In this document: positions 33,601-47,282 of the stretch, piece by piece
How the letters are laid out: the number at the start of each line of letters is the position of its first letter
Position numbering within the stretch: position 1 is the stretch's first letter
Origin: Flaccisagitta enflata
Lineage: Eukaryota
Assembly (NCBI GenBank): GCA_965153355.1
Contig: OZ231126.1
Coordinates: forward strand, 15,810,001 to 15,874,000
Direction of reading: 5' to 3'
Length of the DNA stretch: 64,000 bases
Notes under the pieces: model-generated
Databases searched by the model: none
Seen by the model: only the letters and a program-made list of their open reading frames with translations
Told to the model about the DNA's origin: nothing
Translations under genes and position numbers: made by a program

Positions 33601-36439
33601 GGGACACCACACTCAACCCTACCCCTCTCCGACTCAAACCCCCCATAGGTCACATACTGTGACCTATCTGCCAGGTAATCACCCAGCAGTCCCAGAGCCC
33701 CCCCCCTAACCCCATAGTGCTCAAGCTTCGCCAGCAGGAGCTGGTGGTCCACTGTGTCGAATGCCTTCTTGAGGTCAATAAAGACCCCAAGAGCAACATT
33801 CCCCCCCGCCCATGCTGCCCTCACCCTCTCAACCATGTCAAGCACAGCCATAGCCGTGGAGTGACCCGCCCTAAACCCGTACTGCCCCGGGACTATCACC
33901 CTATGCCTGTCCAGGAACCTCACCAGTCTGGCATAAATGACCCTCTCAAAGATCTGAGAAAGGACTGGGAGCACCGAGACTGGCCTGTAGTTGGAGAACT
34001 CCGTCGGGTCCTCCCCCTGAAACACAGGGACCACCCTTGCAACCTTAAAAGAGGCGGGGTAATGACCCTCCCGCATGCAGCAGTTGAAGAGTCGGGACAA
34101 AGACCCAGACAATTCCCCTGCCACCCCTTTAATTACCCTGGGCGCCACCCCATCCCCTTCCCCGGGTCCAGGGCCCTACACAACTCCTCAACCTCAGCCG
34201 GGGTCGTTGGCCTGAGGAAGAGTGACTCCTCCACCCTCTCCCCCATGTACTCCAGGAACGCCCCATCCCTCTCCCTACCCAACCGAGCCGCCAGCTTTGG
34301 TCCTACCTTGCAGTAGAAGTCACAGAAGCCGGCAGCGATCTGTGCCCCATCTGTCACCCCCTGTCCCTCCTTCTCAAAATAGCCGCAAACCCCCCCTGAC
34401 CTGTGGACCCTGCGCCCTCTCAAGACCTCCCCCAAAACCTCCCACGTGGCCCTCAGGTCCCCACCTATCTCTGACAGCCTCTGGTCGAAGTAGGCCCTCT
34501 TTAATCTTCGCCTCAATCTATTCACCTCCCTATTCACTTCGACCAGCCTCAGCTCCCCCTCCCCATCCAGCAGCCCACCCACCCACCCACCTTCCTTCAT
34601 TGGTAATTGGTAAAGCTAATCTGATGGCTTGAGGATCAACCGCCATTCGTAGCGTACCGCTTCAGACTCGAACTTAACTTCTCGTAGTTTTGTTTTAATG
34701 CTTCACTGAATCACTAAGCTCGTCTCTCTATCCATCTTTTTTCCGCCTCACCTCAACGCAGCCAATGCAACTTGATTTTCTTTGTCCTTGTTTTTGTAGA
34801 ATTCCACCTCAGATTTTTGTCGATCCAGCTCTCTTTCCAACTTCATGTTCTCCAACTTGAGCTGCAGTGCCGTGGACGAGGCTTTCTCGCATTTAGTGCA
34901 ACGGGACCCTTCCATGCTTGGACTTCTCATGTCCCTTCGGCCATGAGGCGATTGAGAATTCACTGAAAATGTCGGTTACAATATCGTATCATTAAGAAAT
35001 CGTGCGAAGAGCAGCTCTTCAGATATATTTGCTGATAAACTTGGTAATTTGGTTCAGCAAGTTGGTCGTTATCAAGCTTACTTCGGGGAATGTGCTCTGG
35101 CTCGGCGTAATGATTTTGGGGAACCGCGTAAGGATCGGCAGCTTCCGCGTTGATTATTTGGGCATTGGATTGCTCTTCATACTGAATGGCGGAGGTTTCC
35201 TCGTAGTTTGGGTCTCCTGAATTGGGATATCGTTGAGCTTGCTAATGAAGGAAGCTGAGGTCTGTCAATCGAAATGGATAATTGAACACATAATTAGGAA
35301 ACAGCTTTTCTACCTGTCATGTCACCATTCAACTCCGGTGGCGGGTCCTCTTCCATTTCGGGCTCCGGTTCCAAAACGGGTCGTCTTGGAACAGCACCTG
35401 AAATAAGTATTTCGTTTCAATCTAAATTTCTTATTGTACACTGAATGATTTTTTTTTTTGAAAAATCGTGTCCGGCTGAATATTTCCTGAACAAGACCGG
35501 ATATACGGCCAATAAGTTATCGGTTGTGGGTGGGTAGACCCGTAGGGGCAGTAATGCGGGTAGACAGGGGCAGTGGGTGGGCGGGGGCTGTAATGTGGCT
35601 GGGCAGGGGCCATAATGTACAGAAATCACTATTTCGGCCAATTTCGCTTCATACATTTCGCGTTACCAACCTTCTTACGTACCTAGAAACACCGACTCTT
35701 TTAGAGTCGCCTAATAGTCCAAAAAACGGTGTTTACCCACCTCTCAGGGCCGCCTTTTTCTTCTTCTTTGATTTTGACTTCTTTGAATTTCCATTGAGAA
35801 TCGGTTTCTGTTCAACGATCTCATTTGGTGGAACTGGCGCCGCTTTTGGCGCCGGTTTTGGCACTGTCTTTGGCTCTGTCCTCGGCGCTGCTCTCGGCTC
35901 CGCTCTTGGTGCTGCTCTCGGCTCTGCTCTCGGCTCTGCTCTCGGTGTTGATCTCGGCGCTGTTCTTGGTTCATCAGCGGCGGGAAGAAGCGCGGTACCT
36001 GCGCATATGAACGAAACATTTGAACGTGTTTTACGCTCACATTTGAGTGATTTCTCAATTACATGTAGTAGTCACTAACTGCTCTCTTACATTGTCGACT
36101 CGCTAACGCGATCTGCTCATCCGTCAACTTTGCCATTTGCACCACGGGCGGTGGCTTGGAAGCGAGGCTATGAAGAGCCTTTGAGTAGTACGACGGGACT
36201 CTAAGCGTGATGGTGTTTCCTTTGTTAGCCGAGGCATCTGTAGCAACGAAAATGGATGAACATGACACATGAGGCTTCCCGATTTGATTTAAAGGTACAT
36301 TCGCGGGCATTATATCTCTTTTCCTTTAATTACCATTGGATTTCTCTGGCGAACCCGCGTTAGCCGGGATTTTACTGTGATCTTGTCCTACTCCTTCCGG
36401 CTTAGGCCTGGATACTTTTCTTTTCTTGGATGATGGCAT
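30616..36439 (-). CDS. Uncharacterised 10-exon protein; basic NLS-like clusters, PRAE repeats, coiled coil, acidic patch
   Basis: In-phase GT-AG exons 36439-36334, 36237-36091, 35998-35741, 35397-35314, 35216-35082, 34962-34752, 34705-34658, 32084-31913, 31683-31413, 31280-30616. Begins MPSSKKRKV; contains CTKC followed by heptads, and DDSDFEP..KRKRAATKKKKK. Confidence 0.75.
32098..34600 (-). mobile_element. 5'-truncated non-LTR retrotransposon (CR1/L2/Crack-like ORF2 reverse transcriptase), one frameshift
   Basis: ORFs 34133-34600 and 32607-34148 carry NYRPVSVLP, QYGFR, FIDLKKAFDTV, GVPQGSVLGP, FADD, LNLKKT and FLGV. There is no endonuclease domain. The putative 3' end is ..cagaatgaacttgaactt near 32100 (boundary inferred). 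Confidence 0.92.
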
Positions 36440-37072
36440 TTCTCCGTGTGATATAGATGGGCGTGTAGAATTGTATCGTTGAGTACGCTAATCGAGAATT
36501 GACCGGTTGTAATCAGCTCAATTGAGCGGCCACTGTGCTTTGATTCTAGGCCTCGAAAGGGTGCAGCGTCGATTGTTTTGAGTCTGTGTGCTCTACCGTA
36601 AAGCTCCGAAGACTCGAGTCTGTGCGAGCAGAAGACACTCGTTTTTCATGTGCAACGCTGACTGTGATAAATCATTGATTGCCTGTGTTCCCTTTCATTT
36701 TCAGAAAAAAAAAAAAAAAAAAAAAAAAAAGAGGCTTTTAACGATGACGATGACAATACTTTTCTTTGCATTATCAGTGTCCTACAATCGTTAAAATGCT
36801 TGTTTTGTTCTTTTTGGCAGAAAATGACGATACTGTGAACCACAAGGAAGTTAGTGTGAAATTATCAGTAATTAGATTATTCCCTTCACTCCTCCGGTGG
36901 GAACTCCAGCTTATGAAAATTCGCTATTTGGGGCCCCAAAAATCGCTAGGATTCGCTAGATTATTTTTTTCTATAGCTAGAAAATTCGCTATATTTGTAT
37001 ATATGTAGTAAAGTCATGAAAAGATCAATAAACAAACCATTACTGGTCTGTTTAAAGACGGAAGAGAAGATA

Positions 37073-37503
37073 CACTCTTTATTTTGAGTAAGGACAAAGT
37101 TTATAAGGACATCGAGGCTGAAATTTTGCCAAAAATTAAGGACATTTTAAGGACAAAGCCCAGCCTCAGATTTGCATAGAAAAAAATTTTTGATTCAAAA
37201 TTTAGATTGTCTTTACGCAACTTCTTAAAGAAAATAATTACTTTTAAAAGAAATGATAGCATTCATCTTTGCTAAATGATATAATGTTCTATAAAGAACA
37301 ATTACAAAGAAATTATTGTCATATCTAACTTGTGTTTCATGATACTTAACATCAATTATTTCAATACATAGAAAATAATCATAAGAAAATCATGACAAAA
37401 TATTAAGGACACGCTAAGGACATTTCAGCCTGAAATTTACTAAAATCTAAGGACATCCCAGCCTCAGAAAAAATTTACTGGTCCTTAAATAAAATAAAGA
37501 GTG
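37073..37503. mobile_element. MITE family E
   Basis: TA|cactctttattttgagtaaggac...gtccttaaataaaataaagagtg|TA; similar to 11804-12226. Confidence 0.85.
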
Positions 37504-38128
37504 TAGGGCTTTTGAGAATATTATTTGTTGACCATTGTTTTCCCATTCATTTCATCGTTGCGGATGGGTGGGCAGGGGCATCCAACCCCCATTTGGACCA
37601 AACGCACCCCCCAACAGTACACAATCATCAAAAGCGCTCACTTTCCGACTTTTTTTACTCGTGCTCACGGACGGATGGATCAACGGACTGACCAATGGAC
37701 GGACAAAGCCTCTTAAAGAGTTGTGTGTCCGCAACTAAAAACCGTTTCACTTTTGCTCATTCTGTCGATGTGTCGATGTGTCGATATCCGGAATCATAGG
37801 GCCTTTCTCAACCACGTCTTTAACTAGCAAAAATGAGTAGCTTAAAGTCAAAATGGTAACAAACAGGTTCAAAAACATCACAATCTGGTCATCACACAGT
37901 TGGTTTGCAACTGAAGTTCAAAGTAGAAAGGTGAAAAATGGTAAAATTTAGTTAGAAAAGCGAGTATTCTTTAGAAAATAGCTTAAATTAGCTAGAATTA
38001 ACTAGAAATAGCTAGATTCGCTAGGTGTCTCAGAAAAAAAATCGCTAGATAATTCGCTAGTCGCTAGATGGCAAAAAGTTGTCGCTAGGAGGCCCCGAAA
38101 TTCGCTAAAAGTAGCGACAAAATCGCTA

Positions 38129-38184
<56 letters not shown>

Positions 38185-38288
38185 CTCTCTCTCTGACTCT
38201 CTCTCTCTGACTCTCTCTCTCTGACTCTCTCTCTCTGACTCTCTCTCTCTGACTCTCTCTCTCTGACTCTCTCTCTCTGACTCTCTCT

Positions 38289-40292
38289 CTCGGTCGCCAA
38301 ATGTAGTGGAGGCCAAGTATCTAAAGGAACCCCAAAAAGTATCCAGAAAGTATCTAGGATTTTTTCGCTAGTATCTAGATTAGTATCTAGATAACGTTGT
38401 ATTAAAGAAATCAATATGAATAATGATATTTGTGAAAAAAAAACATTTGGGTGATATAAATAAGCTGATCAATGTGGAAGATGCTGCAACTCTTGAGCTC
38501 ATAACTCTTTAAATCAACAATGCCGAGAGGATTTGAAAAAAGATTGCCATAGAAAACTTATGAAGTCAAGTTGGCTTGTAACAGCAGGGATTATCTTGCA
38601 CGTCATAGTTTTATAGCCATATGATTATTTTGCTTATAACCCCTAATCTCTTCATCTCTCAATGAAAAAGTACAGGAAGTATTTTGGCCCCAGCATTGCG
38701 TTTATTTTATAACAAAAAGTAAGGTAGGCAGCGCTCATAAGTAAAATTAATCAAATAGCAAAAAAAAATGACACACCTTGATGTACAAAGCCAATCCCTA
38801 CAGGTACCACTTGATTTGGTACAATTAGAACTGAAAATATAACTAGAAAGATTAAAAGAATAGAGATATTTTGTAATGGCTAATTTTCATTGACAAGGCC
38901 TTATACACTCCCCCCAGTTGTAGACAGGTGGGCTGAGGCAGTATAGTAACAAGGCTGGTTACACAGCTACCCCAGTCGCGTGTGGGTGGGCAGGAGCAGT
39001 GAAAGAAAAGGTCACGAGAGCAAAAAGCTTAAAAACACCAAAAAAATAAATAGTCGCAAAAGCGTTAGATGGTCAGCGGTACCCGTTGCCCCCATGTGAG
39101 TTTATGTGGATGTGTGGAGGTAAGAGGGGCAGCGGCCCCGAAGGGGCCGGTGACCTATGCTTAGTAACTTTGGAGCTTCAAGGCTGGGATTTGAGCCATA
39201 AGGCTGGGATTTGAGCCTAAAGGCTGGGATTTGAGCCTTAAGGCTGGGATTTGAGCCTTAAGGCTGGGATTTGAGCCTTAAGGCTGAGATTTGAGTCTTA
39301 AGGCTGGGATTTGAGCCTTAAGGCTGGGATTTGAGCCTTAAGGCTGGGATTTGAGCCTCAAGGTTGGAATTTGAGCTTCTAGGTTGGAATTTAAGCCTTG
39401 AGGCTGGGATTTGAGCCTTGAGGCTGGGATTTGAGCTTCCAGGCTTGGATCTGAGCTACGAGACTGAGATTTGAGCCTCAAGGCTGACATTTGAGTGTCA
39501 AGGCTGCGATTTGCCCCTCAAGGCTGGGATTTGAGCCTCGGGGCTGGGATTTTAGCCTCAAGATTGAGATTTTAGCCTCATAAGGGGGTGGACGGACGGA
39601 GGAGAAGAAGGAGGAGAAGGAGGAGAAGGAGAAGGAGGAGAAATTTCTCCTGTGTGAAAGCATAGGTCATCGGCCCCTTCGGGGCCGCTGCCCAAAAGGG
39701 GACCGACCAACCAACCAACTGATGGATGGACAAACAATTCAGGGTGGAGTTGCATAGCACGCAACTAAAAAACTGCTCACATTTTTAAAAAGTTTCCAAC
39801 AAATAAACAGATGGACAGACAGACAGAAGGCTTAAGGAAAACTATGAAGGCAAAATACTTTCTAGGATAGAGTTATTTTATGTCATTCATAATTTAGTAA
39901 GAGCATCTTGAATTGATTCAAAAACAATATTGGATGCTTGGCCGGTAAGCAGGGGCAAAGGCAATATGGCCAAATTTGGATCATCCAAAAAATCAAGCAA
40001 CTGACTCACAAACATATGAACATTTATATCAGGTACCATATGCTTAACCAAGATAGAAAAATCATTTTCTTAGCTCAGATTTATGGCCATTATCTGAAAA
40101 AAGTAGTTGAGCCTGTTTAAAAAAATATTTTAAAACCACTATTTCAAGTATCCAGATTTGAACTGGAGTATCTAAATCTTTCTCTCAAAAGTATCCAGAT
40201 TAGTAGCCAGGATCCAGATGCTTTTTCAAGTATCTAAGCACCCCTAAAAAGTATCCAGATCTGGATCCCAAGTATCCAGTTTGGTGACCGAG
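38289..40292. mobile_element. hAT-like non-autonomous element inserted in a (CT)n/(CTCTCTCTCTGA)n array
   Basis: TIR ctcggtcgccaaa / tttggtgaccgag, subterminal gtatcYaga repeats at both ends, and ctctctct on both sides. Confidence 0.6.
39049..39697 (-). mobile_element. Family D (HINE-like) element with 20-bp tandem core
   Basis: Reverse complement of 40960-41797; core (aggctgggatttgagcctta)n. Confidence 0.8.
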
Positions 40293-40381
40293 CTCTCTCT
40301 CTCTGACTCTCTCTCTCTGACTCTCTCTCTGACTCTCTCTCTCTATCTTTTGAGATTGTTACCCATACACGGAGAGCGAGC

Positions 40382-40897
<516 letters not shown>

Positions 40898-40959
40898 GGG
40901 CAGCGGCACCAGAGAGGCCGATGACCTATGATTCCACATAGGTTTGAATTTTATCCTCC

Positions 40960-41797
40960 TTTTGGGCAGCGGCCCCGAAGGGGCCGATGACCTATGTTTT
41001 CACACATAGGACAAATTTCTCCTTCTCCTCCGTCCGTCCCCCCCCTTCCGAGGCTCAAACCCCAGCCTCAAGGCTCAAATACCAGCCTCAAGGCTCAAAT
41101 ACCAGCCTCAAGGCTCAAATACCAGCCTCAAGGCTCAAATTCCAGCTATAAGGCTCAAATTCCAGCCATGAGGCTCAAATTCCAGCCATGAGACTCAAAT
41201 TCCAGCCTCAAGGCTCAAATTCCAGCCTCAAGGCTCAAATTCCAGCTGCACGGCTCAAATTCCAGCCTCAAGGCTCAAATTCCAGCCTCTAGGCTCAAGT
41301 TCCAGCCTTGTGGCTCAAATTCCAGCCTCGTGGCTCAAATTCCAGCCTTAAGGCTCAAATTCAATCTGGAGGCTCAAATTCCAGCCTTGAGGCTCAAATC
41401 CCAACCTTGAGAGTTAAATCCCAACCTTGAGACTCAAATCCCAACCTTGAGACTCAAATCCCAGTCTTGAGACACAAATCCCAGCCTTGAGGCTCAAATC
41501 CCAGCCTCAAAGCTCAAATCCTAACCTTAAGGCTCAAATCCTAACCTTGAGGCTCAAATCCTAGCTTTGAGGCTCAAATCCTAGCTTTGAGGCTCAAATC
41601 CTAGCTTTGAGGCTCAAATCTCAGCTTCAAGGCTCAAATCCTTGCAGCAATGCTCAAATTCCAGCCTCAAGCTTCCAAACTTACTGAGCATAGGTCATCG
41701 GCCCCTTCGGGGCCGCTGCCCCTCTCACCATCACACTCACATACACAAACACAGGGGCAACGGGTACCGCTGACCATCTAACGCTTTTGCGACTATT
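40960..41797 (+). mobile_element. Family D (HINE-like) element with 20-bp tandem core
   Basis: 5' ttttgggcagcggccccgaaggggccgatgacctatg, (aggctcaaatcccagccttg)n, internal inverted cataggtcatcggccccttcggggccgctgccc, 3' ..ccatctaacgcttttgcgactatt. Further copies or variants at ~46585-47529, 48781-49276, 51858-52247, 52272-53605, 55355-55775 and 62911-63255(-). Confidence 0.8.
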
Positions 41798-42405
41798 ACC
41801 TTTACTTCAGACCACTTTAAATCAAGCTTCTTTGACCCAAAATTACGCTTCTTATGCCCCAGATCAGGCTTTTCCGATACCAAATCGAGCTTTCCAGACC
41901 TTGTATTAGGCTTTTCAAATCTTATGTCCGGCCTCGCAAGTCTTAGACCAGGCCCCTTCTCGATCTCAGACCTTCAATCAAGTATCATAGACTTTAGATT
42001 TGGCCTTTTAGACCCCAAATCTGGCCACTTAGACCCCAATTCTGGCCACTTAGACCCCAACTCTGGCCTCGAACCTTATATCAAGCTTTGTTCTATATCA
42101 GGTCTTAAATCCGGCTGGGCAAGAACAATATCAGACCTGTCAGCCCCCAGCACTTTAGACCTTACAGTTGTCCACACATATACTCAAGCACACACACGCA
42201 CGCACGCACAGTAACAAACAAAATGATACGAGAGCTATGGAGGGACCCATGACCGAGACAGATCAACTATCGGACATATTTTGTGATTGTCTGATTTCTC
42301 TCTCACTGCAGATAAAAACATTACTGTTTCTTAACGTACTCAAACTGTTTGACGACGTCTGTCTCTTCTCTCACAGCAAGGTAACCATACTAAACAAAAT
42401 CAAGC

Positions 42406-45230
42406 ATGCGTTGGTTCGAGGGTTCCATCCCGGACGCCATTCAAGAGACAAAGGCGACGCGGAAACTGTTGTTAGTCTACGTGCTCGACTCCACCGAGGA
42501 CTCTCAATCGATGACGGCCGTTCTCGACGAAGACGTCGTAGCGACGGCTTTACCACCGGAAAAAGTCATGGCGTTAAAACTGGAATCCGGCACTGATTCC
42601 TTCGCGCAGTTCTCCGTCTTTTACCCGGTTTTGATTCTGCCTTCCGTCTACTTTATCGGCGACAACGGGACGCCGCTCGAAGTCGTCGGAGGTCATCAAA
42701 ACGTCGAGGCATTTCTCGAAAGATCTCGCAACGCCTTTAAGCTTCACGAGCAGACCGACGGCGACGATGCTTCCTCGAGCAGCGCCGGCGCTCCTCCCTC
42801 TACGACGGATTTAGCCGCCTCCACAAGCATGGTCGCGCCATTGACCGTTGACGTGAGCGCCGGCGAAGCTTCTTTAGATCCGACGCCAGAAGGAGGTGCC
42901 GTTGCTTCGTTGACGACCGCTTCTTCTCAACCGTTGGAAGACCGTGTGCTTACGGCCAAGGAGAAAATAGAAGCGCAAAACCGCGAAAGGATAAACAAGG
43001 AAAACGAGGAGACAAAGAAGCGTGAATTGGAGAGAAGACGCCTTGGCCAGGTTTGATTTAGAAATTTGGTTTGTTTCCGATTGAAAGAGCAATTCTGGAA
43101 GAGGCTCCCCTAAAATCTGTTGCCTTTCTCTCCCCCCCCCCACCCCTTGTATCATCAATTTTGGACTTATCCCCTACCGCCAGTTGGTCTTTTAGTTGCA
43201 TACGTATACAGACGAAAGAGAAATACAAGAAGTTAACCCCCCAAAAACTGTAGCACCCCCCCCTACAGCCATAACCGCTGAACAAAGAAAGGCATATAAG
43301 ATAGGGAATGTAAGCTTACATCATTACAATTAGCCTCATCAGAGCGATTTTGGAATTTCAATCTCAAAAAAAAGTTACAGCTTAAAAATTAACCAAAATC
43401 AATGCTTTTTGAATAATGCTAAAAATGCACTTTTTTACTGGTTTCTCTCCTATAATTCTTCACTGGGAATGAAATTCCAAAATCGCTCTTATGAGGCTAA
43501 TTGTATCGATATAAGTTTCTATTCCCTACCTTATATGTCCTTCTTCATTTCGCGGTTGAGGCTGTAGGGGGGGGTGCTACAGTTTTTGGGGGGTTAACTT
43601 CTTGTATTTCACTTTCGTCTGTAGACTTAGGTGATAGTAACTATACCTTAACTCTTGTCATTCTGTCCAGGACCCGAGTGAATGGGTGACAATCAGACGC
43701 CACCACATCTTCCCATTACTTTCTGCTGTAAGGAGGGGGGGGTGGTCACTGACTCCGAGTCAGTGTGGTGCCCTTATGCCTAAATGGAATTTACGAATCT
43801 ATTCATTATGGTTATCGCAGGAAATGGCGGAAGCCCAGCGTCAAAAGGAGGAAGAGGCGATGCGAAAAAGGGCCGAGGCGATCGCCAAAGAAAAGGCTGA
43901 CGAAAAATTGGCGCGGCAAAAGATCAAGGAACAAATCGAAAAAGACCGGCAGGAACGACATGCCAAGTTTGAAGAGGAGAAAAAGGCCAAAGAGCAGAAG
44001 ATCCAACAGAAAGTCGAGGAGAAACAGGTTGGAATTACTACCAGCCTTCATTAGGGCCTCGTGCGGCTATTCTGAGGCAGTTGTGCCAAAAGTACTTTGA
44101 ATAACTGAACAGGCGTGTTGTCAAAGATAGAAATGAAAGTGAACCACAAAGAATGCTCACCATATTAAGCGCTTAGGCAAGGATGTTTTTTTTCAGCGAT
44201 CTTGGATGCATCATAAGCATTGCGACAGAGTGATGAACAGGCCAATTCGATCGACGAAGAAAATTAGCCTCATGCGCACGACAATAAACTGTTGATGTGA
44301 AGTTCACAGAGTTTTCTTTTCTTCTACCCTTCTGCCCCCATTCTAGGCTGCCGAAGCTGCAGCCGCCGCAGCCCTTCAGGAACGCATTCGGTCCGTATCT
44401 CGTATTCAATTCCGACTTCCCGACGGCGGCGCCATCACGCGCGAGTTTTCCGTCGACGCCTCCTTCGCCGATTTGCGGCTCTTCATCGCCGACGAGCTTC
44501 GATCTCGGGGTTTGGTAGAGTTCGAACTCGTGCATTCCTTTTCACGTCGTCAGTTTCAATCGAGCGACTTGACGTCGACGTTGACCGAACTGGATTTGGC
44601 GGGTCCCAACGCGCTCATCGTCGTTCCACGTCGTCAAGGAGGCGGTAGCGGCGCTCGAGGCGGATTTGGTGGTGGCGCCGCTGCCAAGGACGACGGGTTT
44701 TCTGTCGTCGCTCTGTTTTGGCTGATTATGACTCCCTTCGTGCTTATCTTCAATTTGCTTCGTGATGTGATCTTCGGAGCGCCGGCACAACGGCCAGCAG
44801 AGGGAACTGCGTCTTCGGCTTCTCTGCAACCATCGGCGACGAGTGTAGAAAGAAGAAATGACTTATCTGTCGGGTATGTGTCAGTAAGGCTTAGTGAGGT
44901 CTTGGACCAAAACAAGGTCGGTTACACGGCTACCTAAGTCGCGTGCTGGTGGGCAGGGGCCGTATTTGAGGTAAGTTTATCATTCAGGCAGAAGCAGCGA
45001 GGCCAAAGACTGCTAAGATCCTAAAAAGTAAAGTGTGACGGACCGACGGACCGACAGAGCGAGATGTAGAGTCGCGACTAAAATGTAAGTGAAATAATTG
45101 TTCCTGTCTCAGGGCCCAAGACGTTCGTCAGCGTATGAATCGAGAGGGCAACGTCCATCGGTTGCGTCATGACTCTGATTCCGACTCTGATGACCCGACT
45201 TGGAACGGAAACTCGACGCAGCAGCTGTAG
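42406..45230 (+). CDS. UBXN4: UBX domain-containing protein 4 (erasin), p97/VCP adaptor in ERAD
   Basis: Exons 42406-43050, 43821-44027, 44347-44873, 45113-45230 are in phase. N-terminal MRWFEGSIPDAI and thioredoxin-like FSVFYPVLILPSVYFIGDNGTPLEV, a coiled coil, UBX RIQFRLPDG, a hydrophobic hairpin, and the C-terminal TWNGNSTQQL*. Confidence 0.95.
43209..43621. mobile_element. MITE family A in UBXN4 intron 1
   Basis: TA|cagacgaaagagaaatacaagaagttaacccccc...ttaacttcttgtatttcactttcgtctg|TA. Confidence 0.85.
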
Positions 45231-46035
45231 GCAGCTGATGGTTCTCCAATCTTCTTTGTACCAGGCTTGCTACGTCCTGGGCCTAACGCTTAGAGGACTC
45301 GCGTGCGGATGCGTTCATAGTTTTAACAAAGTATTGAATTTTGGTGAAAGATGACTAATCGTTCTCGATGAGACTAATTAGTAATTAGGCCTATGTCACT
45401 TGTTTTAGATTTGAACATTGAGATTTAGGTCATTCGATGCAAGCGATGATAGCTGTCACAGCAATCATCACTTGTGATGTCACGTGAAAGGTTTATCTTG
45501 TGATGGTATTTTATGGCAATATTTGTTCGAATACTTAACTATTTATCGAAGTAAACTCTTAAACTGAGCTCTGGGGGACAGAGCGCTTCTGGATTTGTGA
45601 TTTAATATAAGCTCTAGTCATTAGTTCATTTATAAGCATTCTATTATCGGGCCATGTACATGTGTCAGGGTCATTTTACGTAGTCTCCCTTGTCAGATTC
45701 AAAATATGTGATCTAATGTGAAAAGTAAATGAATGAACACCTCTTCACTCGGAAAAAAATGACATTCCACTATCTTCAATCTTCAATGCAAAATTCCCTG
45801 ATCATCAGCGTTCATCAATTGTGATGGAATGAGCTCCTGCGCTATGGTACAATAAATAACAATGGAACCGAATAAGAGAAATTCCTTGCTTGAAATGCGC
45901 ACTCGCCTGCCTCTTTCGATCGTCGAAGTTGATTTGCTTAATTGTTCTTTTAGGAATGTCGTCACTCGTCGGACCGTCACGCCTCACTGCGTTGCCCTCA
46001 GTCATTTCCTTCTTTCGTTGCTTGACTCGGAGACT

Positions 46036-46430
<395 letters not shown>

Positions 46431-46850
46431 CGTTTTGCGTTCTGCCCGTTAGATGGCCTGCATCACCTTTTCGGGCAGCTTTCTGAAAACCCGATATCCT
46501 GTGAGATAGGGGTTGAGTAAGAATGTTGTCCAACGTTAATAGCAGTGAATTTTTGCAGGAGCAATTTTTGCATTTTTCCCCCTTTTTTGGGCAGCGGCCC
46601 CCAAGGGACCGATGACCTCTGCTTTCACCTAGGGGGAAATTTCTTTTTCTCCTCCAGCGCACCTCCCCCTCCCGGCTTGAAATCTGGTCTCAAGGCTCAA
46701 ATTCCAGTCTTAAGGCTCAAATCTCAGTCTCAAAGCTACAATCCCAGTCGTTGCGGCTCAAATCCGAATCTTGAGGCTTAAATCCCAGTCTCAAGGCTTA
46801 AATCCCATTCTCAAGGCTCAAATCCCAGTTTCCAGGCTCAAATGCCAGTA

Positions 46851-47282
46851 CACTTTTTTTTTTATATAAGAGACAACTTTTTTGAAATCAGCCTGAGTGT
46901 TCTTAATTTTTCAGCCGTTTTCAGCCTGAAATTCTCTTAAAGTGTTCTTAATTTCTTCGATGTTTACAAATATAAAAATCGTTTAAAAATACTTTATTTA
47001 TAACAATTGTATCCTAAACTTGATAATCATGATGTTTTGTTTTTTTTAAATACCTGATTTCATTGGCTAATTAGAAAAAGAAGTCATTTTTAATGATAAA
47101 AAACTTATATTTCTGAAAAAATTTGAATACAATTCATGTTTTAATAAGAAACTGAAAAAAAGTTCTTTTGATAATGGCCAAAACTAAATCTCAGCCTGGG
47201 CTGTTTTTTATTTTGTTCTTAAAATTTTGGCAAATCTCAGGCTCATGTCTGTTATAAACTGGTCTCTTATAAAAAAAAAGTG
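46851..47282. mobile_element. MITE family E nested in a family D element
   Basis: TA|cactttttttttttatataagagac...gtctcttataaaaaaaaagtg|TA interrupts the 20-bp array. Confidence 0.8.

Noticed and set aside
32616-34632. Pro-rich plus-strand ORFs of 136-300 aa
   Set aside because: They are antisense shadows of the GC-rich LINE ORF2.
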